Below, in pieces: positions 11,501-22,472 of a DNA stretch of 64,000 nucleotides. Within the stretch, counting starts at the first letter, position 1, and every line of letters starts with the position of its first letter. The stretch is taken from contig NC_045698.1 of the NCBI RefSeq assembly GCF_009834535.1, positions 12,402,001-12,466,000 of the forward strand, read 5' to 3'. This stretch comes from Camelus ferus (lineage: Eukaryota). The position numbers and the translations under genes were made by a program. The notes below the pieces were generated by a model. It ran no database searches, had not been told where the DNA came from, and saw only the letters and a list, made by a program, of their open reading frames with translations.

Positions 11501-14384
11501 CATAACCTAGTGGAACCTGTTTAATATCTTATTTTATCATCAGGGAGTAATAAATGGTATAGAGAGACTACGTTAACTGCGAACTTGTGAATGCAAGTAC
11601 AACCAAAGGTACTAGTTAGGTGAGAGGCTGGACCTTATTGGGGGATTCCAGATTTGTTGTAGAGTTCCAGCCTTCAATCTTTAGAAATATTTCCGGAAGT
11701 TCAGAAAAATCTTTGTAAGGAACTAACTTTAGGATTCTAACAGCTGACAAAGCCAGAATGAACTTTAAATATTGTTTCTTTTTGTTTCTGGCCTTAAGGA
11801 AATGAGAAGCATTGTGGTAACAATGGCGCTTTTCCAAGGGCCCCGATAAGATCTCCCTTCCGTGTCTGGAGCTGAGTGCTGAGGTACTAGACTCTTAATC
11901 AGCAGAAAGAGGAAACCAAGGCTTTCTTCTCAGACCATCGTGGCCTCTGTAGAGCGCAAAGCCACCTTCTCCAAAATTCTCTGGATGCTGTCAGCTCAGG
12001 ATCCAGTTTTTGTTGAATTCCCCTTGGGATTAGACTAAACAAAGTACTGTGTTCCCAATTTAATGGGTGGTTCCTTAGAAGAAGTTCTTCCGTGTTTCAT
12101 AAAGATAAAGCAGCTTAATTAAGCTATGCTTAAAAGCCTGTTCTGTCAATATCATGATTCTATCCATTAAATTAAAAAAATAGATTTCACGAGGTAACCA
12201 GTGTGAATTGGGTTGGGACGGGGTTGGAGCTGTCTTGGATGAAAGAAACCTTTAAAATTTTTAGATGAGTTCCCTGGGTAGATCCCTGCCTGTGACAATA
12301 AGAAATTTTTATTTTATCCCTTCAATAAACCTCAGAAGATGTAAGAAGACGTAGGAGGGGTACAGATAGAAGACAGCCTCTCTCTTTGATTCTGATGTGG
12401 AAACAAGTCATCTAACTTCTTTCCATATTTTAAGTCCCCATTTGTAAAATGGGATCAGTTAAGAGACTGAACGTGAGCTGGCACTGGCCGAATGTGAATC
12501 ATTACCTTGTAAAGCCCCACGCTTCTAGAAGATGCCATGTTGCGAAAGACTTCTAATAGCACGCTCTGAATTAACAAGGAGGAATTTTAGTTTCATTCTA
12601 AAGTAAAATGTTTACCTCGGAAGGGTGGAAAAAATGAAACCCAAGGCCTGCAGACTCTTGTTTGCATCTTGTAGGTGTAAACACATGGAATCCTTTCTAT
12701 TGCAACAGTGATGTTGACAGAGCCAGCATATTTCATTAAAACAAGAAGCCCGACTAATAACTGCTACCAGCTGAGGCCCTCAAGTGTTTTCCTCCTTTCA
12801 TTTATCTTTGCATCTTCCTCTTTCAGAGAGCCCCCCACCACGGATCTCCTTCTCTTTGGAGGCTTGTTCTTCTGGAAGGTGGGGGTGGGGTCGGGGGAAG
12901 AAGCATGGTGTCACTCGGGACCCCAGGGTTGGCCCATGGAGTCTACTCTTCCTCTCCCTGGCTTGCTGGCCAGACTCTGGTGTTTAGAAGATCAAACCAC
13001 GCCGAAGGCAGCCTCAGAAGGAGGAGGACCTCCAATTCTGCCACCATCTTCAATGTACCATCTTGCTCGCAGTGCACAGTCACACAAAAGAATCACACTG
13101 TCACTCAACTTCCTTTATCACAGAAGGGAGCTTGGTCCATTTATATGCTTACTGGGAAGAAAACTGGTTTGGAAGTTTGTAGAGCTGGCTGCTAGAGAAT
13201 TAGATAATATACTCATAAGCCAGACTTAATTTTTCCCCTCAGTGTTTGCTTAGAATACCAGAGGAGGAGTGGCATTTATGGTCTGATGTGCAGTGATTAG
13301 GTGACAACAGATGTGTACCTACACGTGACACTTTTTGAACTTCTTGAAAGGAAGTGATTTTTATATCCGGAAGAGCAGAAATGTCAGTATTTAGCAAACA
13401 TTGAGTATTCTAATATGTGACTTAATTGGAAAATCAAATAAAATTGAGAACATACAGTATTCTTGAAAAAGAAAGGAAACAAAAAATAAAAGGACTTACT
13501 TTGATGTGACTTGATGTCATACACAGCAGCATTCTCTTTCATTATACTGTGATATTTTTCATAAATCTGAGACTAGGGTGAAAATTTTCAGCCAAATACA
13601 CGTTGATTGTTCACAAATGAGGTACGTGACCTCTTAGAACACTGAAGCTGACAGAATTCGGTAATGTACAAGTTTCTGACTCTCACGTGTTCCCTTTTTG
13701 CCTATTGGAAGATCAGACCTCTAGGATCAATTAACAAAGGGTATGCAGAAAGTCTTCAGGCAATTTTACTCAGGGCTGAGTTTGGATACACCCATGGGAA
13801 GAGCAAACATGTTAAAATGCCGTTAACTGATTGAAATTGCTGTTTTGCTTTAGGGCAAAGATCTCGAGATCAGTTTACTCCTCACAAGTACTTGGGGCTG
13901 TTCCTTTAGCCACCTTGGAGGGAGGGGTTCCTCAAATTATTTTATTGACTTTCACTAAATCCTTATGACTTAGGCAATTGTTTGGACCAGAGGGAAGCTG
14001 GATTGGTCTTGGGGGTGTAGCTGACTGTACGGAAAGGCAGCTGCAGAGACTGGGGGACAGAACCCCTTTTAGGCCACAGCGAGTCAGTCAAATCAAAGTG
14101 CGTCAAAAAGAACTCTTATCGTGTTACCCACAGAAAATATCCAGAGAAAATCCATCAGTTGAAAGACATACTGGCTGAATCAGTGTGATTATTTCCTTCA
14201 CTTTTTACTTACTAGCAGTCTAAGCAGAGTGCATGACATTGTTTTTGTTTTTGTTTTTGTTTTGGCTTTTTTCTGGAGTTTCACATCATACTGATCCACT
14301 CAGTTTGTACTTTCTGTTGTTGAATCTCTGTTGTCTGATTCAAAAAAGGCTTCTCTTAAATTTAATTTCTAAATTTAAAAAAAT

Positions 14385-14573
14385 TTAATTTATTTATTTT
14401 AAAAATTGAAGTATAGTGGCTGTATATTATTATGTAAGTTACAGGTGTACAATATAGTGATTCACAATTTTTAAAGGCTATATACTCTGTTTATAGTTAT
14501 AAAAAACTGGCTATATTCCTTGTGTTGTGCAATACGTCTTTGTAACTTATTTTATATCTAACCGTTTGTATCT
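14385..14573 (-). mobile_element. Younger L1 3'UTR fragment
   Basis: AATTGAAGTATAG...ACAGGTGTACAATATAGTGATTCACAATTTTTAAAGG...; the reverse complement resembles the L1 3' end at about 62990-63150 in this window. Confidence 0.85.
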
Positions 14574-14755
14574 GTAAAGCTTTTAAAGAGGATTTCTCAG
14601 GAACCAGTGGAGAAGGAAGTTTCTTAAACCCTGTGAGTACCACAAGCCAGAAACTAAGAGCAAGGATGGAACGTAGTTTGCTAAGATCCTCAATGGTTCT
14701 CAAACCTGACCGCACTTAAGAATTACTCAAAAAAACTTGTTAAAAACACTGATGC

Positions 14756-14977
14756 GATGCTGAAATGTTTGAGGGAGAAGTATATAGATGTGTGTCATTT
14801 ACTTTGAAATGTGGGGGAAGAAGAGGGCTAGGCATGTGATAAAGGCAGGTGTAGGAAGATATTAATGGATTAATGGTAGAATCTAGGTTTGGGGTGTACA
14901 TCTGTTCCTTGTAAAATTCTTCTAATTTTTCTGGATGTTTGGAGCTTTTCAATAATAAGATAGTGGGGAAAAATAAA
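14756..14977 (+). mobile_element. L1MC4/5-like 3' terminal fragment
   Basis: ATTTACTTTGAAATG...ATGTGATAAAG...TTAATGGTAGAATCTAGGT...TGTAAAATTCTT...AATAA..GGGGAAAAA. Confidence 0.8.
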
Positions 14978-15247
14978 TATTAGGAAATATGTAACATTTG
15001 CAATAAAGAAAAGAGATGATAGAGTGCATTGTGGAATCAATACAGTTGAAGAATGGATTAGGCAATTGTAAAATTAGATTTGGAAACTCTCCCCAAATAA
15101 AAAGAACAAACAGGAAAGAAACAAGAGTTAATAGAAAATAGTGAGATATATGGGATGGTAGGAAGTACACAGAATCCCAGAAAGATAGAAAAATGAAAAT
15201 CCAGAAAAGATTATATTTGAAAAAATAAAGGAGATTAAAAAAAAAAA
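14978..15247 (+). mobile_element. Ancient L1/HAL1 ORF1-like fragment ending in an A-run
   Basis: ACAGTTGAAGAATGGATTAG..., AGTGAGATATATGGGA, GAATCCCAGAA..., ATATTTGAAAAAATAA resemble the L1 ORF1 coiled-coil/RRM-coding region. Confidence 0.6.
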
Positions 15248-16018
15248 CCACACAAAATGCTAGTTTCTCTCTGCGTCCCTTCCTGTATTAATGAAATCTA
15301 AATTTCTGAAAATGGCCCCCTGCATTGGTATTTTTTAAGCTCTGTCAGTTACTTTAATGTACATTCAGGGTTGAGAACTGCTGGCTGCGAAGTCACCTTG
15401 GGAGACTAACATGCTTCAAAACCAAGCAGATATGGGGGTGCAGAAATCATTAAAATGGAGCAAGAGCCAGGACTTTAACAATAGCCTGGTCTTTCTGTAG
15501 GTTCTGAAAGAGGGGCTTTTATCTAATGGTAATTCGTCAATTGCAATCAGGACAGGAAAACATGTATTTAATCATTAATTAGTGCACTATTTCTTGATGA
15601 AATTCTTGTGCTCTTGGAAATCAGTGGACTTGAATTTCACATACTTACAGCTTAATTAATGTTTTTTGGCCTCAAATAAAAAACTTCATCCATGAAAATG
15701 AAAGACACGTTAGCTATTTAAAATTAACTTTATTGTTTTTGTTAAAGGGATAGATGTCTGTCAACCCTAAGCTAAGAGTCCTTTTGTACATGGTTCATTA
15801 TCTTGAAGTGGAGTCAATTCTGTCTGTGTTTGCGCTTGACTAAAGCCAGTGTGTGGAGTGACAGAGCTGGGGGGAGAGGACTGCTGGGAAAGCTGGGATG
15901 GAGTGAGCAGGGCCAGTTTCCAGAATGAATTAAGAGGGATCATCTGAATAACAGCTCATCCGACTCCTGTGACGTCTGCGCTGAGAGGATGCCCCATCTC
16001 AGCATTTGGTACTCAGGA

Positions 16019-16563
16019 TGTTGCAGAAAAGTGTGTTACAGCTCAGTTGTGACAGCAACCTGGATCCAGGTGATAGACCAAGCAGCACTTGGAGAGTTGG
16101 AGAACTCAGGTTTATTATGCCAACAGGCCCAGAGGAGTTAACACTCCAAGCTCTGGACCCTGTCTGTAGGTTTATACAGCCTTTTATAGGCTACCAGTCT
16201 AGACTTTCCAATATTTTGTAACATCATATGCAAATAAGGCATAACAAAAGTGACTAATTAGGAACAAGCTTTGTAGAAATGGACCAATCAAGAGTGAGGG
16301 AAATGGACCAATCAGGAGTGAGGGAAATGGACCAATCAGGAGTGAGCTCCATGCAAATGAAGCACTACAAATGGACCAATCAGGAGTTAGCTCAGGGAAC
16401 CAATAGAATCTCAGGGGTAAGTTCTGCTTTCCTAGAAGTAAGCTGTTTCAGAGTTTAAAAGGCAAAATAATGCTGCTGGGCCAGGGAACCAAATAGTGCT
16501 GGCAGGAGGGTAGTGGCCCTGCCTGGGGATCCTGCCATCTTTTTCATGGGGCTTCCCACCTCA
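16019..16563 (-). mobile_element. Well-preserved ERV solo LTR (545 bp) with 4-bp TSD
   Basis: TG...CA termini; AGGA at 16015-16018 and 16564-16567. Minus-strand TATAAAA (16182-16188) and AATAAA (16111-16116); internal 24-bp CCAAT repeats. Confidence 0.9.
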
Positions 16564-16611
16564 AGGAGGCTGGGTGGCTCATGCTGTATCCTAAGTCTCA
16601 GTCATTCTGTG

Positions 16612-17031
16612 TGTTAAGGGTTGAGTTGTGTCCCCACAAAATACACAGATTAAAGCCCTAACTCCCAACACCTCAGAATATGACCTGATTTGGAAATGGG
16701 GTCATTGCAGATGTAATTAGTTAAAATGAGGTCATACTGGGGTAGGGTGGGCCCCTAATCCAACATGACTGGTGTCCTTATAAAAGAAATAGACACATGG
16801 ACCCACAGAGAAGGTCATGTGAACGTGAGGGCAGGGAGTGTGGTGACGTGATCTACAAGCTGAGGAGAACAGCCTGGAACACATCCTTCCCTCACGGCTC
16901 TCAGAAGGAACCAAACCTGCTGCCACCTTGACCTCAGATGTCCAGCCTCCAGGACTGGGAGACAGGAATTCCTACTGTCAGGCTGCCCAGTCTGTGGTCC
17001 TTTGTTACAGCAGCTCTAGTTAACTTACACA
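16612..17031 (+). mobile_element. MaLR LTR, MLT1B/C-like
   Basis: GGGTTGAGTTGTGTCCCC...ACCTCAGAATATGACC..ATTTGGAAATGGGGTCATTGCAGATGTAATTAGTTAAAATGAGGTCATACTGG...TTTGTTACAGCAGCTCTAG. Confidence 0.9.
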
Positions 17032-17646
17032 CCATGTCTTGATCTGATGTTTGCTCCTCCCTCTCTGTCACGTCCAGTGGTTTCCCTCAGCTGGGGCACT
17101 AGACTTTCGACCTTGAACTTGACGTATTTACAAGGTCTGCATCTCTTTTGGCTCCATCTGCTCTGCTCTTCTGCAGGTGAGCGGTCTCCCCAGGTCTTCT
17201 CAGTGTCCCTGCGTTGTGTCCCTCCAGTCAGGAGTTTCTTTCAGGATCATGATACTTTGAGAGAAATCTCCTCCGAGCCTTATCTCTGAGCAAATTTTGC
17301 CAATGGTTGTACTGCCCTCTTACTTGGATACCTTTTATTTTTGGCAGATGGTCTTCATAATTTTAATTTGGGACAGAGGCCTTTATTCTATTTCATTTAA
17401 AATGGAGTTTCCTTATGTTTTTGATCTTTCTGTTGCTTTCGATGGATGTCAGTGACTGTAGTGGAGTGAGCATAACTTCCTTCTGTCATCAGTGAGTAAA
17501 TATTTAAAAGAAGATTTACAGTGACAAACATTTCCATGACCATTTCTCAGGTAAATAAGCCCTGGCAAGAATTTATTTAAGAGAAAGGGATTCATGATGA
17601 AATTGAGAGTTAGTATCTTAAGATGCTCTGTCATGGTGGGAGTTTA

Positions 17647-17800
17647 ATTCAATTTAAAACATTTATAAAAAACCTTTGTCAAGCACCAGGCTAAGGGTGG
17701 GACATTTCAGTCTCTTCTTTCAAGGAAATTATTATAATCTGTCTGTAGGGCACAGAAGCAGAGAAAAGTAATTACAATCCAATGTGGTTAGTGTAACCCC
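17647..17800 (-). mobile_element. L2 3' fragment (degenerate)
   Basis: ATTCAATTTAAAACATTTAT...TGTCAAGCACCAGGCTAAG...TTTCAAGGAA...TAATTACAAT. Confidence 0.55.
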
Positions 17801-18000
17801 AGATACGCGGATGGACAGATTCTTCAGAGTTTAGACTCCAGATTCCAGAGAAGTTAGTAACCCTACACTGATTAGAAGTTACTGAATTAAAGGTTGTATT
17901 TGTTACTTCTAGAAGCTGATTTCACCCAGGATAGACGTGGATTGCTTCTGGTGCAGATGAACCCAAGGTTCCAAGACTGAGCCCAAATTTAGTTTTATTT

Positions 18001-18300
18001 CAAGGGTTGGACAAGCTTTTTTGTGAAGAGTCAGAGGATACATTAGGCTTTGTGGGCCACACTCGTTCTTTGTTGTATATTCTTTTTCCTTTTTCTTTTT
18101 AAACAACCCTTTAAAAATATAAAAACCACTCATAGCTCTTGGGTTATCACACAAAAATGAGCGAGGGCTGGGAGGTGGGGTATGGCTTCGTTGGTAGAGT
18201 GCATGCTGAGCGTGCGTGAGGTACTTGGTTTGATTCCCAGTTAAAAAAAGAAAGAAACAAAAAGGAAAAGTGAGAGTGGGCTGGAGTTCGCCACCCCTTG
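18001..18300. mobile_element. MER58C-like hAT MITE interrupted by a SINE
   Basis: TTAGGCTTTGTGGGCCACA...ACAACCCTTTAAAAATATAAAAACCA.TC.TAGCTC; resumes after the SINE with GGGCTGGAGTTCGCCACCCCTTG. Confidence 0.75.
18171..18265 (+). mobile_element. vic-1-like tRNA-derived SINE (short form)
   Basis: GGGGTATGGCTTCGTTGGTAGAGTGCATGCTGAGCGTGCGTGAGGTACTTGGTTTGATTCCCAG plus A-rich tail; degenerate TSD AAAAATGAGCGAGGGCTGG / AAAAGTGAGAGTGGGCTGG. Confidence 0.85.
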
Positions 18301-18619
18301 TTCTGTTCTAGACTGCTTTAGCCACTCCACACTGCTCTCTAAATCTTGGAAATGGCCCTAAAACCATCAGCGGAGATGGCAGCTAAGAATATCATTCAGA
18401 GTTAATCAAAACTCAAGGTATGACGGTTGTGTTCTCGTTGGCTGCCCTCAGCGAGAGGGCTGTGTGTGCCCACTCCTGCCACGTGGCTCAGAGTGTTCTA
18501 CCCTGTGGGTTAATTCGCTTCAGCCGCACACTGACGGCGGGCTCGGCCACGAGGTCTGCTTCTGTACGCCACCAGTGGAGAGGTACTGTGCCACTTCCCA
18601 GCAGAGACATGAGAGCCGT

Positions 18620-18870
18620 CCTTGTGGTTACAGCAGGATGTGGTTCTGCCTTTGCACAGATCCACCTTTGCTTTCTCCTCCTTCCTTCGATCAACATGAC
18701 CTAGATGGGCTGGAACTTCGAAGGAAGAAGACACACAGAGCAGGGTCACAATCAACTCTCAGCTGATCTGTAAAATGAGCCAGAATTAAACCTTTGTTGT
18801 TAGATGCTCATGAGCTGTTTTTATGGTTTTTGTTTTTGGGTTCTCTTGGTTGCAGTTACATTGTCTAAGA
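18620..18870 (+). mobile_element. Old MLT1 (I/J/K-like) LTR 3' part
   Basis: CAGCTGATCTGTAAAATGAGCCAGAATTAAACCTTTGTTGTTA..CATGAG...TTGGTTGCAG. Confidence 0.5.
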
Positions 18871-19509
18871 GTGTGGTCTAGTATGTACACAAAGACACCT
18901 GTGTCCCCACAGATGTTCCAGTCTAGTCCACCCACCAAAAGAATGGAGGACATTTTAAAGATGAGTAAACTTTAAAAACTATATTCTTGCTCTTCTTATT
19001 TTATCTATAAAGTTAAGTTTATTTTAGAAAAGAGGTAAAGTTTGCCATACGTTGCTCAGAATTCTAACCAAGGAAATTTTGAAAACTTGAATGAGCCACC
19101 ATGTAAATCAAACTGTTGTTGTCAGAACAGCTGATTGTTCATGAAGCCAGAGTGCGATCGACTCAACAAAACAATCACTGTAAACATGACCTGTATTTAT
19201 GAATAATTCAGAGCTGAGAGTGCAACACTGCAGCTATTTCTAAATAATGGTCTATAAATAATAAGTGTAGTTTAATCACTAGACCAACTGATAAAACCCA
19301 TCCACAGTGCTGAGCCCTGCTGCTCACAAATTACTTTATCTTCAGATGCTAAGATCTGCATCTTTGGATTCCACTGTCAACTCGGGATTTTGTCCCTGCT
19401 GGTTAATGACTAGACAAGATGAGTCTCTAATGTAGGATATTCTTTTGCAGACAGCTCTTTTGTGGGCTAAGTACATTTATTAATAACACAGTCAGCAGTA
19501 TTAATTATG

Positions 19510-19625
19510 CAGTTGAACAACTGTGGGTTTGAACTGCGAGGGTCCAGTCATACACAGATATTTTTCAACAGTAAATGTTACAGCGCCACACGGCCCCTGG
19601 TTGGTTGAATCCACAGATGTGGGAT
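19510..19625. mobile_element. Tigger2/MER8-like Tc1-mariner fragment
   Basis: TTGAACAAC..GGGTTTGAACTGCGAGGGTCCA.TATACACAGATATTTTTCAA...GGTTGGTTGAATCCACAGATGTGG. Confidence 0.8.
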
Positions 19626-19636
19626 CAGCTGTAACA

Positions 19637-19864
19637 GCTGACATTTACTGAACATTTCACCTGGGCTAGGAATTATGCTAAATGCTTTGGGTGGTTCCTC
19701 CATCTCCCTCAACTCTGAAACAATTCTGCAAAACGGGTACAATTATTATACAGGCTGAAAGATGAGGCAATGGGGACTTGGAGACATATGATAATTTACG
19801 TAGCAAAGAAAGGTCTGAGCCGCGTTTTGAATCCTGGTCTGTCTGACCCCGGACCTCATGCTCT
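19637..19864 (-). mobile_element. MIR SINE
   Basis: AGCTGACATTTACTGAACA...TGCTAAATGCTTT...AGATGAGG...TTTGAATCCTGGTCTGTCTGACCCC. Confidence 0.75.
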
Positions 19865-19978
19865 GGTCCGGAGGCCATGTCTATCTTGTAACTTGTTCTC
19901 TTTCTGCCACTGTCAGGCCGTTGGGGCCTTGCAAAAGCCAAATGAGATCACGTCTGTGAGAGTCCTTTGAAACCTGTT

Positions 19979-20044
19979 GGGCACCGTGCAGATGTAAGTG
20001 TCAGGGTTAACGGGCACCGTGCAGATGTAAGTGTCAAGGTTAAC
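19979..20044. repeat. 33-bp tandem duplication (2 copies, 1 mismatch)
   Basis: GGGCACCGTGCAGATGTAAGTGTCA(G/A)GGTTAAC x2. Confidence 0.95.
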
Positions 20045-22255
20045 ACTTTCTGTAGCCCAAGCTGTCCAGGGAACATTAACACCCAGCGTGGAGGTTCAGG
20101 TGTAGGAACTCAGCGTGGAGGGTCCAGGGTGCCTTGTGCATTTCTCCTCCATATGATTAAAAAATAAGACAGCCTGCCCATCAAAAAAGATGCAGGAGCT
20201 GGTGACGAAATCCTGATGGAATTCACAGGAGAATCTGTCTTCTGCCTTCACATCTCCCAGGGTGAATTCGTTAGCACAACAGCTCATACTTTCTAGGGTA
20301 AGCATAACACGTGGCCTGAAAACCAACCCCTTGAGACCAGTTCCTTGAACTCCCTACACCTGATTTATTGGATCAAATGTCTGGCATTTCAGGCTGATTT
20401 TAAAAATGGAAACAAATCAGGCGACAGAGGATGCCTCTGGGATCCGAAACTGGTTTTTGTCCTCTTTTCACAGAGGAACAAAGTTAGAGAATTTGTATCT
20501 AAATTACTTGGGTGGAAACACTGTGAAGGACAGAGCTAAGGTTTGTGGGTGGTAGGCAGAGAAACAGGTGCGTTTTCTGGGTTACGGCAGGTGCTCATTA
20601 GAAGAACTTGCGGCAGGTGCCTGGGGACAGGGCTTAAGTCAACACGTTTCCTGTACTGTCTGCCTTCCAAACTGGGCCCTGAATCCTTCTATGGAACTTT
20701 TACAGGCCCTGGACTGTAACTTGGATGCTTCATGATGAGAGGAGAGTTCGGTGGGGAGAGCAGAGAGGCAGAGGCGAATGAATGGGGGAGCCAAGGAGGC
20801 AGGAGGCTTAGGAAAATCTTAGAAGATCAAGAAATGTGTTGCCCTAACCATCAGGGAGGAAAAAAAAAAAAGAAAAAAAGAAAAGAAAAACCCAAAGCCC
20901 AAACCAAAAAAAAAAAAAAAAGGAATAAATAAATAAAAATCCATTGTTGAATCTTTTACCTCAGATCCCTGATTTTTAAAAATTTCCACATTCAGGGTAT
21001 GAAAGCAGAACCATACAAACTACAAAGAAGTCCTGAAATTTTTCCATAAACCATTTATCATCTGAGACATTAGAGCAACTCTGTGGGCAGCTCCTTATTT
21101 CTCTTAAGAGTAACTGTCATGAAATATATGATATCTCCTTATTCTTAACAATACACCTTCAGAAACACTAGGCCCTAGTTTCTCTTCTAACTTTCAAGGA
21201 ATCCCTATTGTTAGTCGATTTTAAAAAGTATATAATTCTGGAGTTGAATGAATCCTAATTCTGATTTAGCAACAAGTTTGATACATCCCAAATTCTTTCA
21301 TTTTCCTCATTTAAAAAAAGTCCTCCTTGTTGAGATTCTACGCATTGTGTCCTTCCTTTGAAGGCGGGGCTTTCTAATTCATTGTTTCTTCATTATTGTT
21401 TTTCTAAGAAAAGCAAGCCTGCTTTCAACACTGGAATGTGCTCGAAGTGCACGTCATCCCTGGAGTTGTAAAGAGGCTCTGAACCAGCTCATACGAGGTT
21501 ACCAGACTTGGGAGGAGACACAAACATCCTCTTCTGGTCCGTGGAAAGGTCCGGGGCTGTGGATGTGCCTTCGTCAGCTTTCCTTCTGTCAGGGCTTGGG
21601 CCCTCCAGCCTGTATCAAATGACAAGAGTTGGCTTCTCATATGAAAAATGACACTCATCGCCACTCTAGAGATGCTGTTTATATTTACTTTTACCACCCA
21701 CACTTTTGAACATTGGCAGCAAGAGAGCAATTTGAGCCATTCTCTAGAATTAGGCAGTAGACGGAGAGGAGGTTTATCCTATAGCATTGGAGGGGAGAGG
21801 CTGAGAAAGTGTCAAAACTGCATGAACTCAACAACCGGAGAGTCTACAAACTGACTGTTGGGGATTGAGATACTGTACATAGAAGCATGTGGTTTCACCC
21901 ATCTATATACCATACTCGAATTTGGGGAAGGAGAGAGATGGGACAGATCTGTTCTGATCCCTCGTGGTTTAAATTAACAAAATAAAAAGAATCTCCTACA
22001 CTATGCAGGCAGGGTCTAAAGAACTAGGTTTTGGGAACAGTATGGGGATTCCTGTATCCGATCGGGCTTTGGACTAGATAATGCTGCGTACCTTGAGAGC
22101 TTACGAATGTACCCCGGGCAGAAGTACATCCCTGTCATCCTGCACCCGCCTCTTCCACCCATGTGTGTCCCCAGACCAAAATAATTTCTACATAAACGTG
22201 GTTAATGAATTTGAGCTAATGTGAACACCAATGAAGTAAAATCCAGGGTTTTCTT

Positions 22256-22472
22256 AAAAAGAATTTTTTTTTTTAATTGAAGTACAGTTGGTCACAATGT
22301 GTCAATTTCTGGTTTACAGCACAATGTCCCAGTCATGCACATACATACATATATTTGTTTTCATATTCTTTTTCATTAAAGGTTATTATAAGATTGAACA
22401 TAGTTCCCTGTGCTATACAGAAGAAACTTTTTTTTAAAATCTATTTTTATATATAGTGGCTAACATTTGCAA
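22256..22472 (-). mobile_element. Young 5'-truncated L1 3' end with 11-bp TSD
   Basis: T-run, then AATTGAAGTACAGTT...ATAGTTCCCTGTGCTATACAG; AGGGTTTTCTT at 22245-22255 and 22473-22483. Confidence 0.9.

Larger units (their letters stand above)
14691..15383. mobile_element. MER5-type MITE split by an about 0.5-kb L1-derived insert
   Basis: Left arm CAATGGTTCTCAAACCTG...TTGTTAAAAACACTGATGC (14691-14755); right arm ...GTATTTTTTAAGCTC...TAATGTACATTCAGGGTTGAGAACTGCTG (about 15250-15383). Confidence 0.75.

Noticed and set aside
16276..16390. CRISPR-like array of 24-bp repeats
   Set aside because: The repeats are directly tandem with no unique spacers, lie inside an LTR, have no cas genes nearby, and the DNA is mammalian.
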